Shown here: positions 1-8,515 of the stretch, in pieces | Layout of the letters: each line of letters opens with the position of its first letter | How positions within the stretch are numbered: the stretch's first letter is position 1 | Assembly: GCA_963678065.2 (NCBI GenBank) | Contig: CAXXVZ010000005.1 | Span: 608,001-672,000, forward strand | From: Treponemataceae bacterium | Lineage (GTDB): Bacteria > Spirochaetota > Spirochaetia > Treponematales > Rectinemataceae | DNA length: 64,000 nt | Direction of reading: 5' to 3' | Position numbers and translations under genes: made by a program | Notes under the pieces: model-generated | The model's input: the letters and a program-made list of their open reading frames with translations, nothing else | Told to the model about the DNA's origin: nothing | Database searches by the model: none

Positions 1-655
1 CGCACTCGCTGCGGAAGGAGAGGGCGGACTTGAGTTTTTCGAGGCGCGCGAGCGAGGATTTCCGGAGAGGCGCCGCCTGCAGGCGGGAATCGGGGAAGCG
101 CTCCTCGTAGGCCACGACGACGAACTGCCTGTTCGCGAGCCCGAGGAGTTCGGCGAGCGAAGAGAGGGCGGCGGGATCGGCATCCTCGGCGATAGCCCTC
201 GCGACGAAGGATTCCTCGAGGAAGGGCCTCGCGAGTTCGAACTTCTCGCGGAAGGCCATGGTTTCGTCGCGCTGTCCGCGCCTGCGGCGGAGGTTTTCCA
301 TGGCGGCCCTGATCGTCGACACGAGGAGGTCCTGAGGAGCCGGCTTGACGAGATAGTCGAAGACGCCCAGCTCGAAGGCCTCGCGCGCGACATCGAAGCG
401 CTCGTAGGCCGTGAGCATGATGGTCGCCACGTCGGTATCCGCCTTGCGGATCTCGCGCAGGGCATCCAGCCCCGTGAGGCCGGGCATTTTCACGTCGAGG
501 AGGAGGATGTCGGGCTTCGTCGCCGCGACGCCCTCGATGGCTTCCCGCCCCGAGGAGGCCGTCCCCGCTATCGTCAACTCCGGCAGGCGCTTGCGGATGA
601 CGACCGAGAGCCCCTCTATGACCGGCTTTTCGTCGTCGACGATGAATATTTTCAT
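1..655 (-). CDS. Response regulator, YesN/AraC-type; runs off the left edge of the window and is absent from the ORF track
   Basis: Manual translation from ATG at 655 gives MKIFIVDDEKPVIEGL...PDILLLDVKMPGLTGLDAL...MLTAYERFDVAREAFELGVFDYLVKP, a receiver domain. The start overlaps the kinase stop (ATGA). Confidence 0.92.
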   Translation of the reverse strand, partial: MKIFIVDDEKPVIEGLSVVIRKRLPELTIAGTASSGREAIEGVAATKPDILLLDVKMPGLTGLDALREIRKADTDVATIMLTAYERFDVAREAFELGVFDYLVKPAPQDLLVSTIRAAMENLRRRRGQRDETMAFREKFELARPFLEESFVARAIAEDADPAALSSLAELLGLANRQFVVVAYEERFPDSRLQAAPLRKSSLARLEKLKSALSFRSEC

Positions 656-2169
656 GCCTTCGCTCCCTCCCCGAAGGGTATGGTCATGCGGACGAGGGTC
701 CCGCCCCGGCTTCCCGCTGCGAGTTCGAGCACATCGCGGCGCCCGGTGAAGAGCCTGAGTCTCTGGATCACATTGACGATACCGACACCTGATTCCGGAG
801 CACGCCCGCTCTCGGGCCGCACGGCATCGGGCTCGCCCGACTCGGCCGACTCCGCCGCGCTCAGCACAAGGCCTCGCTCCTCGTCGCTCATCCCCACGCC
901 GTTGTCCTCGATCTCGAGAACGACGGCATCCCCGAGCTTCCGCGCGCAGACCGAGACGAGGGCCCCTCCGGCCATGTCCCGGAAACCGTGTCTGAAGGAA
1001 TTCTCCACGAGGGGCTGGATGATCATCTTGGGCATGGGGAGGAGCCGAGTCCCCTCGTCGATCCGGATATCGCGCTCGAAGAGCTCGGGGAAGCGGATGG
1101 CCATGACGTTCAGGTAGGAATCGAGGCAGGAGAGCTCCTCGCCGAGGGTGACGGGCGCGTCGAAGTTGCGGAAGGAGTAGCGCATGAGGGCCGAGAGGTT
1201 CTCGAGGAAGACGCGGGTCCGGTCGGCGTCCTCGACGACGGAAAGCTGGATGCCCGCGTTGAGGGCGTTGAAGAGGAAATGCGGATTGATGCGCGCCTGC
1301 AGGGACCGCAGCTCGGCGTTCCGGAGGAGGCCGGACATCTCGAGGTTCTTGACGCGCTCCTCCATCAACCTGGACTCGACGCCCGCCTTGTTCCTGATTT
1401 CTTCGATGTACTCGCTGATGCTCACCTTCATCACGTTGAAGGCCTCGGTCATGGTGCCGGCCTCGTCGGAGGACTCTATCGGAATCGGGGCGGAGTCGAA
1501 CTGACCGGAGGCGATTTTCCTCGCTTCGGCCGAGAGGTGGATGATGGGGTCCGTGATCTTGAGCGAGAAGTAGGCGATGAGGGAGGCGTCCAGCACGAGG
1601 GCGGCGAAGATCATCACGACGGTGAGGGTCCTGATCCGGTCGAGATTCACCGCGAGGCTCGAAAAGGTGACGAGGTTGGAGCCAAGGCCGATGAGGCTGG
1701 CCTCGGAAATGCGCTCGCGGAGGAAGCCGACCAGGCGCTCGCTCCTGCGGAAACTGGCCGTGTACTCGCCGATGTTGCGCCCGCGCTTGTAGTCGACGGC
1801 CTTGTCGGAAACGAGAATGAGTTTGCGCAGAAGGACGGAGATGTTGCGCGCGACGAGGGCGTCGGGCCTGTCCGCGATGCCGGTGTCGAGGGAGGCGGCG
1901 TGCCCCGCCAGCTTGCGAGAGTAGGACATGTAGCTCCTGAGGCTGTCCGAGTCCTTCGTGGCGAGGTAGGCGGCGAGGTGATTCTGCGAGCTCTCGATGT
2001 CCGTCGCCACTTCCTTGAAGAAATAGTCGTTCCGGAAGAGGGCGTTTACGCTCCCGATGGCGGAACCGGCCGCGTAGGCCGTGAGGAAGGCTGACAGTCC
2101 GATCAGGGAGAGGGGAAAGAAGAGGGCGATGATCATCTTGGACCGTATCGATCTCGGGCCCGCTCTCAC
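652..2169 (-). CDS. Sensor histidine kinase, YesM/LytS-type, with HAMP domain
   Basis: Two TM segments, a HAMP region, LQARINPHFLFNALN H-box, MPKMIIQPLVENSFRHG, EDNGVG and GVGIVNV motifs. Confidence 0.93.
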   Translation of the reverse strand: MRAGPRSIRSKMIIALFFPLSLIGLSAFLTAYAAGSAIGSVNALFRNDYFFKEVATDIESSQNHLAAYLATKDSDSLRSYMSYSRKLAGHAASLDTGIADRPDALVARNISVLLRKLILVSDKAVDYKRGRNIGEYTASFRRSERLVGFLRERISEASLIGLGSNLVTFSSLAVNLDRIRTLTVVMIFAALVLDASLIAYFSLKITDPIIHLSAEARKIASGQFDSAPIPIESSDEAGTMTEAFNVMKVSISEYIEEIRNKAGVESRLMEERVKNLEMSGLLRNAELRSLQARINPHFLFNALNAGIQLSVVEDADRTRVFLENLSALMRYSFRNFDAPVTLGEELSCLDSYLNVMAIRFPELFERDIRIDEGTRLLPMPKMIIQPLVENSFRHGFRDMAGGALVSVCARKLGDAVVLEIEDNGVGMSDEERGLVLSAAESAESGEPDAVRPESGRAPESGVGIVNVIQRLRLFTGRRDVLELAAGSRGGTLVRMTIPFGEGAKA

Positions 2170-3191
2170 CGCTTCCTCCCCGCGGAAGTCTCATCCCGTA
2201 TGTCCGCGCCCGTGTCGACGAAGGCGCTCGCGACGCCGCCCTTCCTGAGCCTGACGAGGGAGAGCAGGGCCTCCCGGCCGGCCTTGCCGGGATCGCGCGC
2301 CACCGTGGCCGCGACGACGCCGTTCTTGATGTGCTCGACGATGGTCGGATCGTCGTCGAAACCGACGAGGCTGAGGCGCCCCACCCGGTTGAACTCGATG
2401 ACGGCGCGGGCGGCCTCGGCCGTGTCGCGGGCGCTCGTGAACACCATCACGCCGATGTCGGGCCGCATGTCGAGAACTTCCCGGAGAACCTCCTCGCCGG
2501 AGAGCGCGTCGGGCCCCGTCGATCCCACGAAACCGAGACTGGCCGTGCCGGTTCTGGCCAGAGCGGACTGGAAGCCCATGAGGAAGGAGTTGCGGTTCGC
2601 GTCCCTGCCCGCGTAGCGCTGGGAGAAGACCACGGCGACTTTGGAACCCTGCCTGCCCGCGAGGGCCGCGCTCCGCGACGCGGCCGTCCCCGCGAGAGTG
2701 CCGAGCTGGAACTCGTTGCTGCCTACGAAGACCTTGCGCTTCGATCCGGGCAGGTCCGCCTCGAGGGTGACGACGGGCACGCCGACCGCGACTATGGCGT
2801 CGACAGCCCGCGAGAGGGCCGGGTCGTCCGGGACTGAGACGATGACGCCGTCCAGGTCGAGTTCCGCGGCCATTCCGAGGCGGGTGGCGATGTCGGAGAC
2901 CGCGGCCGAGCCGGGGTAGTCGAAGAACTGGATGGCGGCGTTTCCTTCCGATGCGGCCGCGAGGATGGCTTTGCGCGCCTCCGTGAAGTAGGGTTCGCGG
3001 CTGTCGGAGGGGAGGACGGCGCCGAAATGGAAGACGCGGGCCTCGCGCCCCGTGCTCCGGCCTGATTCAGAGGGGATGGAGCCCTGCACCGCGCGCAGAA
3101 GGTAGAGGTCCGCCGCCACTACGCCCCCGAAAAGCAGGGAAAACAAGCTTATCATGACTACAAGGAATCTGCGCACGCCCTCAGGATACAC
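2166..3191 (-). CDS. Membrane-anchored periplasmic sugar-binding (PBP1) protein, probable sensory partner of the two-component system
   Basis: N-terminal TM segment; FVGSNEFQLG and LVGFDDD motifs; GTGA overlap with the kinase start. Confidence 0.85.
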   Translation of the reverse strand: MYPEGVRRFLVVMISLFSLLFGGVVAADLYLLRAVQGSIPSESGRSTGREARVFHFGAVLPSDSREPYFTEARKAILAAASEGNAAIQFFDYPGSAAVSDIATRLGMAAELDLDGVIVSVPDDPALSRAVDAIVAVGVPVVTLEADLPGSKRKVFVGSNEFQLGTLAGTAASRSAALAGRQGSKVAVVFSQRYAGRDANRNSFLMGFQSALARTGTASLGFVGSTGPDALSGEEVLREVLDMRPDIGVMVFTSARDTAEAARAVIEFNRVGRLSLVGFDDDPTIVEHIKNGVVAATVARDPGKAGREALLSLVRLRKGGVASAFVDTGADIRDETSAGRKR

Positions 3192-3352
3192 TCACGGCCG
3201 GGACAAGTCAAAAGACCGCCTTTCGGTCAGATTTCTGCATGAGGCAACACGAAGACCGCCTGAGCGCAGACCTTCCTGAAACGCCCGTATGCCTCTTCCC
3301 ACATATCTTGTCGATGTTGTTTGGCGCAGATTTTTGCGGGACGGGATCCGGA

Positions 3353-3667
3353 TCAGTCCAGCCGGAAAACCTCGACGAGATCGCGCCTTACGGGTGAGCC
3401 GTCGGGATTCGTCTCCATGAGGTCTTCCATGTGCGCCCACCACTTTTTCATGAGCCCGCTGCCGATGAGCGCAGCGGGATGTCCTGAATCGACGCGCTTC
3501 TGCACGGCGAAGAGGTCGAGGCTTTCCTCGTCGAAGAATATCGAGTAATCGTAAATTCCCGCCGCGCCGAAAGCGGCCTTCAGTTCGGGCCAGATGCGGT
3601 CGTGGCGGGCTTTGTATTCTCCGGCGCAGCCAGGCTTCAGTCTCATGACGAAAGCAATTCGTTCCAT
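3353..3667 (-). CDS. rhaM: L-rhamnose mutarotase (copy 1)
   Basis: EYKARHDRIWPEL, YSIF, KWWAHMEDLMETNPDGSP and EVF signatures. Confidence 0.92.
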   Translation of the reverse strand: MERIAFVMRLKPGCAGEYKARHDRIWPELKAAFGAAGIYDYSIFFDEESLDLFAVQKRVDSGHPAALIGSGLMKKWWAHMEDLMETNPDGSPVRRDLVEVFRLD

Positions 3668-3753
3668 CCTGTACCCCTTTCAGCAGCTTTTTCGCAGATT
3701 TTGCGCCCGAGGCGATTCCCGCCCCCGCTCCGGCCCGGTATCCGAAAGCTTTC

Positions 3754-4587
3754 TCAGCCCTTCACCGCCCCGGACGCGATACCCTTGATGAAGTATCTCT
3801 GGAAAAACAGGAACAGGATCACGAAGGGCAGTATCTGCAGGACCATCGCCGCGCTCAGGGGATTCCAGTCCGTGGAGAATTGGTTCATGAATGCCAAGAG
3901 CCCCACGGCGAGAGTCTTTTTCGCGGGCGACAGTATCAGCACGAGAGGGAGGAAGAAATCGCGCCAGATGTACAGGGAAACGAGTATCGAACAGGTCGCG
4001 ACGGGGACGGTGGCGATGGGGAAAATGATTTTGAAATACGAGCGGAAATATCCACAGCCGTCGATGAGGGCCGATTCCTCCAGCTCGCGCGGAATCGTCT
4101 TGAAGAATCCCGCGAATATGATGAGGCTGATCGGGATGTTGATCGCCGAATACACGAGTACCAGGCTGAAAAGCGTATTGAGGATGTGGAGGGCTTTGAG
4201 CGTTCCGAAAAGGGGAATGATTATCAGCTGGGATGGCACGAACATGCCCGTAATGAACAGATAATACGAGAGCCTGACTTCCCTGAAACTGAAGCGGGTG
4301 ATCGCGTAGGCCGCCATCGAGCAACTCAGGATGTTGACCGCGACCACGGACACGAGAATCGCGACAGTGTTCAGTCCGTATTTCAGGAAATTCGATTTCG
4401 CGAATCCGTCGGTATAGTTCGAGAATCTGGGATTGAGCGACACATGAAGAGGGTTCTTCATGAGATCGGCTTCTGAATTGAGCGACACGATCAGGATGTT
4501 CAATAGCGGGAACAGTATGACGATGGAAACGACGATCAGGAACGCGTACGAAAATATCTTCCAGAGTCTGCCGGCGGTATTCATCAT
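3754..4587 (-). CDS. Carbohydrate ABC permease (MalG-like)
   Basis: Likely start MMNTAGRLWK at 4587; EAA loop IPRELEESALIDG. The longer ORF-track N-terminus overlaps the upstream gene. Confidence 0.92.
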   Translation of the reverse strand: MMNTAGRLWKIFSYAFLIVVSIVILFPLLNILIVSLNSEADLMKNPLHVSLNPRFSNYTDGFAKSNFLKYGLNTVAILVSVVAVNILSCSMAAYAITRFSFREVRLSYYLFITGMFVPSQLIIIPLFGTLKALHILNTLFSLVLVYSAINIPISLIIFAGFFKTIPRELEESALIDGCGYFRSYFKIIFPIATVPVATCSILVSLYIWRDFFLPLVLILSPAKKTLAVGLLAFMNQFSTDWNPLSAAMVLQILPFVILFLFFQRYFIKGIASGAVKG

Positions 4588-5480
4588 CAGAACTCCACTT
4601 CTCGCGATCTCATGTACTTCAGCTGGATGACGCCTATGACCATGACCACCGCGAACAGAACGGAAGAGAGGGCTGTTCCGTATCCCAGCTGGTTCGCGTT
4701 GAATGCCACATTGTAGATCATGGTCGCGACCGTCTCGGTCGCGTTTCCGGGACCTCCGTTCGTCATGACGTAGACATGCTCGAAGATCGTGATCGAATTG
4801 ACCAGGGTCAGGAAGACGTTGATGGTGAGAGCCGGCGCTATCAGCGGGAAGGTTATCTTCCAGAATCTGGCGCTCCCGCTGGCCCCGTCGATCTGCGCCG
4901 CCTCGTGCAGTTCGATCGGGATGGACTGCATCCCGCCTATAAAGATGATCATCTTGTACCCGGTGAACTGCCAGATGATCGTCCCGATCACGGTCCCCAG
5001 GGCCAGCTTCGGATCGCTCAGGAAGTTGATCTTGTCCATGAAACCGACGGACCTGAAGAGGTAGTGCAGCGACCCGACTGTCGGATTCAGGATGTACATC
5101 CACATGTAGCCGATGACGACGGAACTCAGAATCGAGGGGATGAAAAAGAGGGACTGGAAAAATTTCTTTCCTTTGATCGACCCGTCCAGGAGAACGGCGA
5201 GGAAGAGCGCGAGGGAATTCTGCACGACGACATTGACCAGCGTGATCAGGACCGTGTTCCACACGGAAATGCTGAACACGTTGTCGCGCGCCATGCGCGA
5301 GTAATTCTTGAGTCCGATGAAATTGATCCTGTTCGCGAAGCCGTTCCAGTCTGTGAACGAGTAGGTGAATCCGCTCACCGCCGAAACGAGAATGACGATA
5401 GTGAACAGCGCGAGCGCGGGAAGCAGGAACAGGTAGGCTGTCATCCTCTTGCGGTTTTCCAGTTTGCGGAAGGCCATCAT
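4587..5480 (-). CDS. Carbohydrate ABC permease (MalF-like)
   Basis: AGGAG RBS before ATG 5480; YSFTDWNG, FIGLKNY, ELHEAAQIDGA and TNGGP motifs. Confidence 0.93.
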   Translation of the reverse strand: MMAFRKLENRKRMTAYLFLLPALALFTIVILVSAVSGFTYSFTDWNGFANRINFIGLKNYSRMARDNVFSISVWNTVLITLVNVVVQNSLALFLAVLLDGSIKGKKFFQSLFFIPSILSSVVIGYMWMYILNPTVGSLHYLFRSVGFMDKINFLSDPKLALGTVIGTIIWQFTGYKMIIFIGGMQSIPIELHEAAQIDGASGSARFWKITFPLIAPALTINVFLTLVNSITIFEHVYVMTNGGPGNATETVATMIYNVAFNANQLGYGTALSSVLFAVVMVIGVIQLKYMRSREVEF

Positions 5481-5503
5481 GTACTCCTGGACTCGTGGGC
5501 TCG

Positions 5504-5529
5504 GGGCCGCGGCCATGCCGCCGCGGCCC
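5504..5529 (-). other. Intercistronic stem-loop after the SBP gene
   Basis: GGGCCGCGGC-catgcc-GCCGCGGCCC, a 10-bp perfect stem. Confidence 0.6.
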
Positions 5530-5543
5530 ATTTTAATCGGGGA

Positions 5544-6764
5544 TCAGCGGGAAAGGGAATCGTCGGTCTTTTTCTGGAGCTCTTCGACGACCTGCTTCGC
5601 CGATTTGCTGCCCATGAACAGATCCTGGATCGTCTTCCCGAATTCAGTGGCGAGGTATGCGGGTTCCCGGATGAACTGGAATTTCTGGGGATTGTCGTAG
5701 AGCGGTTTGAACTTGGCCGCATCCGGGTGGAAGGAGAAATCCACCGCCTTCGAGGCGGAGAAGGTCCTGTTGCTCACCGACCAGATTCTCTGCCCTTCAG
5801 GAGAAGCCAGCCACTCGAGGAATTTGACCGAGGCCTTGACGTCCTTGCTCTTGGCATTGATGCACAGAAGCGAATTCGACGCAAAATACTCGGTCTTCTG
5901 GGGCTGGCCCGCGTCGTTGACGAATGTGTAGGTGAGGTCCCAGTCGAACTGCGGCTTCATCGTGCCGAAGACGTTGTTCAGCGCGAAGGTGCCGCCGCCG
6001 ATCATCGCCGCGCCGCCCGTGCAGAACACCTTCCAGGCCTGGTCGAAGTTCATGCTGAGGGAATCGGGATGCTGGTATCCCGCCTTGAAGTAGCTTTCCT
6101 TCTTCTGGTACTGCTTCAGCATGATCGGGTCGGTCCACTTGGCCTCCCTCTTGTTGAGCTTGTCGAGCCAGTCGGCATCGTTGTAGAGGACCGTGCTCAG
6201 CTGGTTGAAGCCGCCCGCGTACTTGCCCTGCCAGAGATCGGCCATTCCCTGCACGAGGGCCACGACGCCGTTCTTCTTGAAGGTCTCCGAGGCCTTGAGG
6301 AATTCGTCGTAATTCGTCGGAACCTTGACATTGTACTTCTTGAAAAGTTCCTTGTTGTAGAAGGTGCAGATGACGGTGCTCTCGAGCGGGAAGGCGTAGA
6401 GCCTGTTGTTCCTGCTGTTCAATTTGACCGCGCTTTCGTCGATCGTCTTCACGAAGGGCTCGGAAGTCAGGTCGACGAGGGCGCCCGCGCTGATCTGCTG
6501 GTCGTAGGTCTCGAGATAGTACGGAACGTACAGGTCGGGCAACTCGTTGGCCAGAACACGGGTGTTGAGAACCTTCGCGTAATTGTTGCCGCCCACCTGC
6601 TCGTACACGATGTTCACGTTCGGGTTGACCTTCTTGTACGCCGCGATCACCTCTTTGGGCTCGGGGTACCAGAAAAGCCACGTCAGCTCCGTTTTTGCGC
6701 CCTGGCCGAATACCGGCGACAATGCAAGGAATACCAGTGCGATACCGATTACAAACCGCCTCAT
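5544..6764 (-). CDS. Carbohydrate ABC substrate-binding protein (CUT1)
   Basis: Signal peptide, GAGGAGG RBS, LPDLY and FYNKELFKKYNVKVPTNYDEF motifs. Confidence 0.92.
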   Translation of the reverse strand: MRRFVIGIALVFLALSPVFGQGAKTELTWLFWYPEPKEVIAAYKKVNPNVNIVYEQVGGNNYAKVLNTRVLANELPDLYVPYYLETYDQQISAGALVDLTSEPFVKTIDESAVKLNSRNNRLYAFPLESTVICTFYNKELFKKYNVKVPTNYDEFLKASETFKKNGVVALVQGMADLWQGKYAGGFNQLSTVLYNDADWLDKLNKREAKWTDPIMLKQYQKKESYFKAGYQHPDSLSMNFDQAWKVFCTGGAAMIGGGTFALNNVFGTMKPQFDWDLTYTFVNDAGQPQKTEYFASNSLLCINAKSKDVKASVKFLEWLASPEGQRIWSVSNRTFSASKAVDFSFHPDAAKFKPLYDNPQKFQFIREPAYLATEFGKTIQDLFMGSKSAKQVVEELQKKTDDSLSR

Positions 6765-6821
6765 AGAAACCTCCTCATAGAATCCGACCGCGCGTGCCGG
6801 TCATTAAACCTTTGAAAAGGG

Positions 6822-8273
6822 TCATTCGCCCACGACCACAGCTTCAATATCGAGTATCCTCGCGATCTTCACGATTTCGTCGGCGTGGTGGCCGATGCCG
6901 AGGGCGAAATGATGGGTCGGGCCCTCCGCCATCCAGCGCCTGAGAAAGGTTTTGAGGTCGGGTTTGAAGAAGCCGTGCGTGTTCGTGTTTCCGGTCGGGG
7001 GGATATCCCCCTGCAGGGATTCGCCCTCGGCGACCACGAATTTCAGCCTGCCCGACGCGTTCACGGTGATGCCCAGCATGGTCATCGGGCCTTCCTTTAT
7101 CTTGAACTCGACGCCGGCGCCTGATCCGGGTTTGCCGTGGTACTTGCTCAGCGAGCGGAGCACGGGCTTCCGGTCGGCGATGTTGATGTGGTGCGGGCCG
7201 TCGTGCCCGACCAGTATCGATCCCTGCCTGAAATCCATAGGGTGGAATTCCGCGAAGCTTCCTCCTATTTCCAGGCGGTCCATGATGAGCATGGCCATGC
7301 AGGTCTTGAGATCGAACTCGCCGCACATCGGGAAGCCCGCTCCCGTGAGCAGCGAGTTGCCCACGATGAAATTGGTGACGAGTTTCCGCATATCGGAGCC
7401 CTCTTCCGCCTCGTAGTAGTAGGCGAGGCCGGTGAGGTTCTTCTCTTCTATTGCACGCTCGAGGGCGACGGCGGCGCGGGCCGCAGTGTCGAGATCCTCT
7501 TCCTTGAGGCAGAACGTGATGTTGTCCGAGACGGGATCGGGGGTATCGAAGAAGCTCCTGATGCGCGCGACCATCGAGGCGACGGCCGAAGGGTCCGGAT
7601 CGCGGTAGTGCACCATGATTTCGTCGGGCTCCACCGGCACGATGTGGCATCCGAAGGTCCTCGTGATGAGGGCGGGATCGACGTGCATGTCGTACATGCT
7701 CTCGAGAACGTGGCCCATGAGGCCGATGCGGGCTGTCTTCAGGTCGTGGAGGACGTGGGCGATCCGGCACCAGGATGCGATCTCGGAATCCGCTTCGTCG
7801 TCGCCTTCCAGGATTCCGAGAACCATTTCCGGCGCGCGCTTCCCCATGCGGATGGCGACGGCGCAGAACTCGGGGATGGAGCAGACATCGTCGTTGGAAA
7901 GCTGGATGAAGGTGGTTCCGTGCGCGTAGTCCATGGCCGCGAGCGGCTGGAGAGCGACGAGAACGACCGGAATGCGGAGCGACTGTATGAGGGGCGCAAA
8001 GGTTGCGGAGGTGGCGTAGGTCACCATGTCGACAAAGAGAAGGTCGAGGTTGTGCTTCGGGATCTCGGCGAGAACACGGTAGGCCGCGGCCGAATCATCC
8101 ACCATGCCGAAGTCGACGACGGTGACGGCGTGGCTCTCCACTTTCTTCCTGAATATTTCCATCTTGCCGAGCATGACGTCGAGAAGACCGTCAAACTGTT
8201 TCCAGTACGTCGTATGCCCTACGCCAAGAACTCCGACAGTAGCCTGCAAGGGCTTTCTCCGTTCTATCCGCAT
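6822..8273 (-). CDS. L-fucose/L-arabinose isomerase family protein
   Basis: YWKQFDGL, CGEFD, SFAEF, GHDGP and GPTHHFALGIGH motifs; AAGGAG RBS before ATG 8273. Substrate unknown. Confidence 0.8.
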   Translation of the reverse strand: MRIERRKPLQATVGVLGVGHTTYWKQFDGLLDVMLGKMEIFRKKVESHAVTVVDFGMVDDSAAAYRVLAEIPKHNLDLLFVDMVTYATSATFAPLIQSLRIPVVLVALQPLAAMDYAHGTTFIQLSNDDVCSIPEFCAVAIRMGKRAPEMVLGILEGDDEADSEIASWCRIAHVLHDLKTARIGLMGHVLESMYDMHVDPALITRTFGCHIVPVEPDEIMVHYRDPDPSAVASMVARIRSFFDTPDPVSDNITFCLKEEDLDTAARAAVALERAIEEKNLTGLAYYYEAEEGSDMRKLVTNFIVGNSLLTGAGFPMCGEFDLKTCMAMLIMDRLEIGGSFAEFHPMDFRQGSILVGHDGPHHINIADRKPVLRSLSKYHGKPGSGAGVEFKIKEGPMTMLGITVNASGRLKFVVAEGESLQGDIPPTGNTNTHGFFKPDLKTFLRRWMAEGPTHHFALGIGHHADEIVKIARILDIEAVVVGE

Positions 8274-8321
8274 CCCCGAACTCCTTCGCATGCATCCGGC
8301 CTGTCGCCGGAAGGACAACCC

Positions 8322-8350
8322 AAACTACCATCACTTGCCATATCTGTCAA
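8322..8350 (-). promoter_or_regulatory. Sigma70-like promoter of the isomerase-ABC-rhaM operon
   Basis: Minus strand reads TTGACA-17 nt-TAGTTT with an extended TG motif, next to an AT-rich divergent intergenic region. Confidence 0.65.
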
Positions 8351-8515
8351 TTAAAAACTTTCGATTTTTTCATTTATTGGCGTTTAATGGCATTTAAATA
8401 TTAATAATTTGATTTTATATATGTATTTATTATAAATAATGTTGGTACAATGCATATGTATCAATCGAAGTATTTCTTATTTACAAGCATGATGGGCATG
8501 GATATACTGCATTTC

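Noticed and set aside
3324..3707. CGCAGATTTT(T)GCG on both sides of rhaM copy 1
   Set aside because: Too short and imperfect to support an insertion boundary or operator call.
4776..6815. Long antisense or alternate-frame ORFs (e.g. 4776-6815+, 26488-28068+, 34414-36678+, 34796-36760-, 43380-45281+, 45535-47121+, 53125-55368-)
   Set aside because: They are shadows of well-supported genes caused by high GC3 codon bias, and they show no recognisable motifs.
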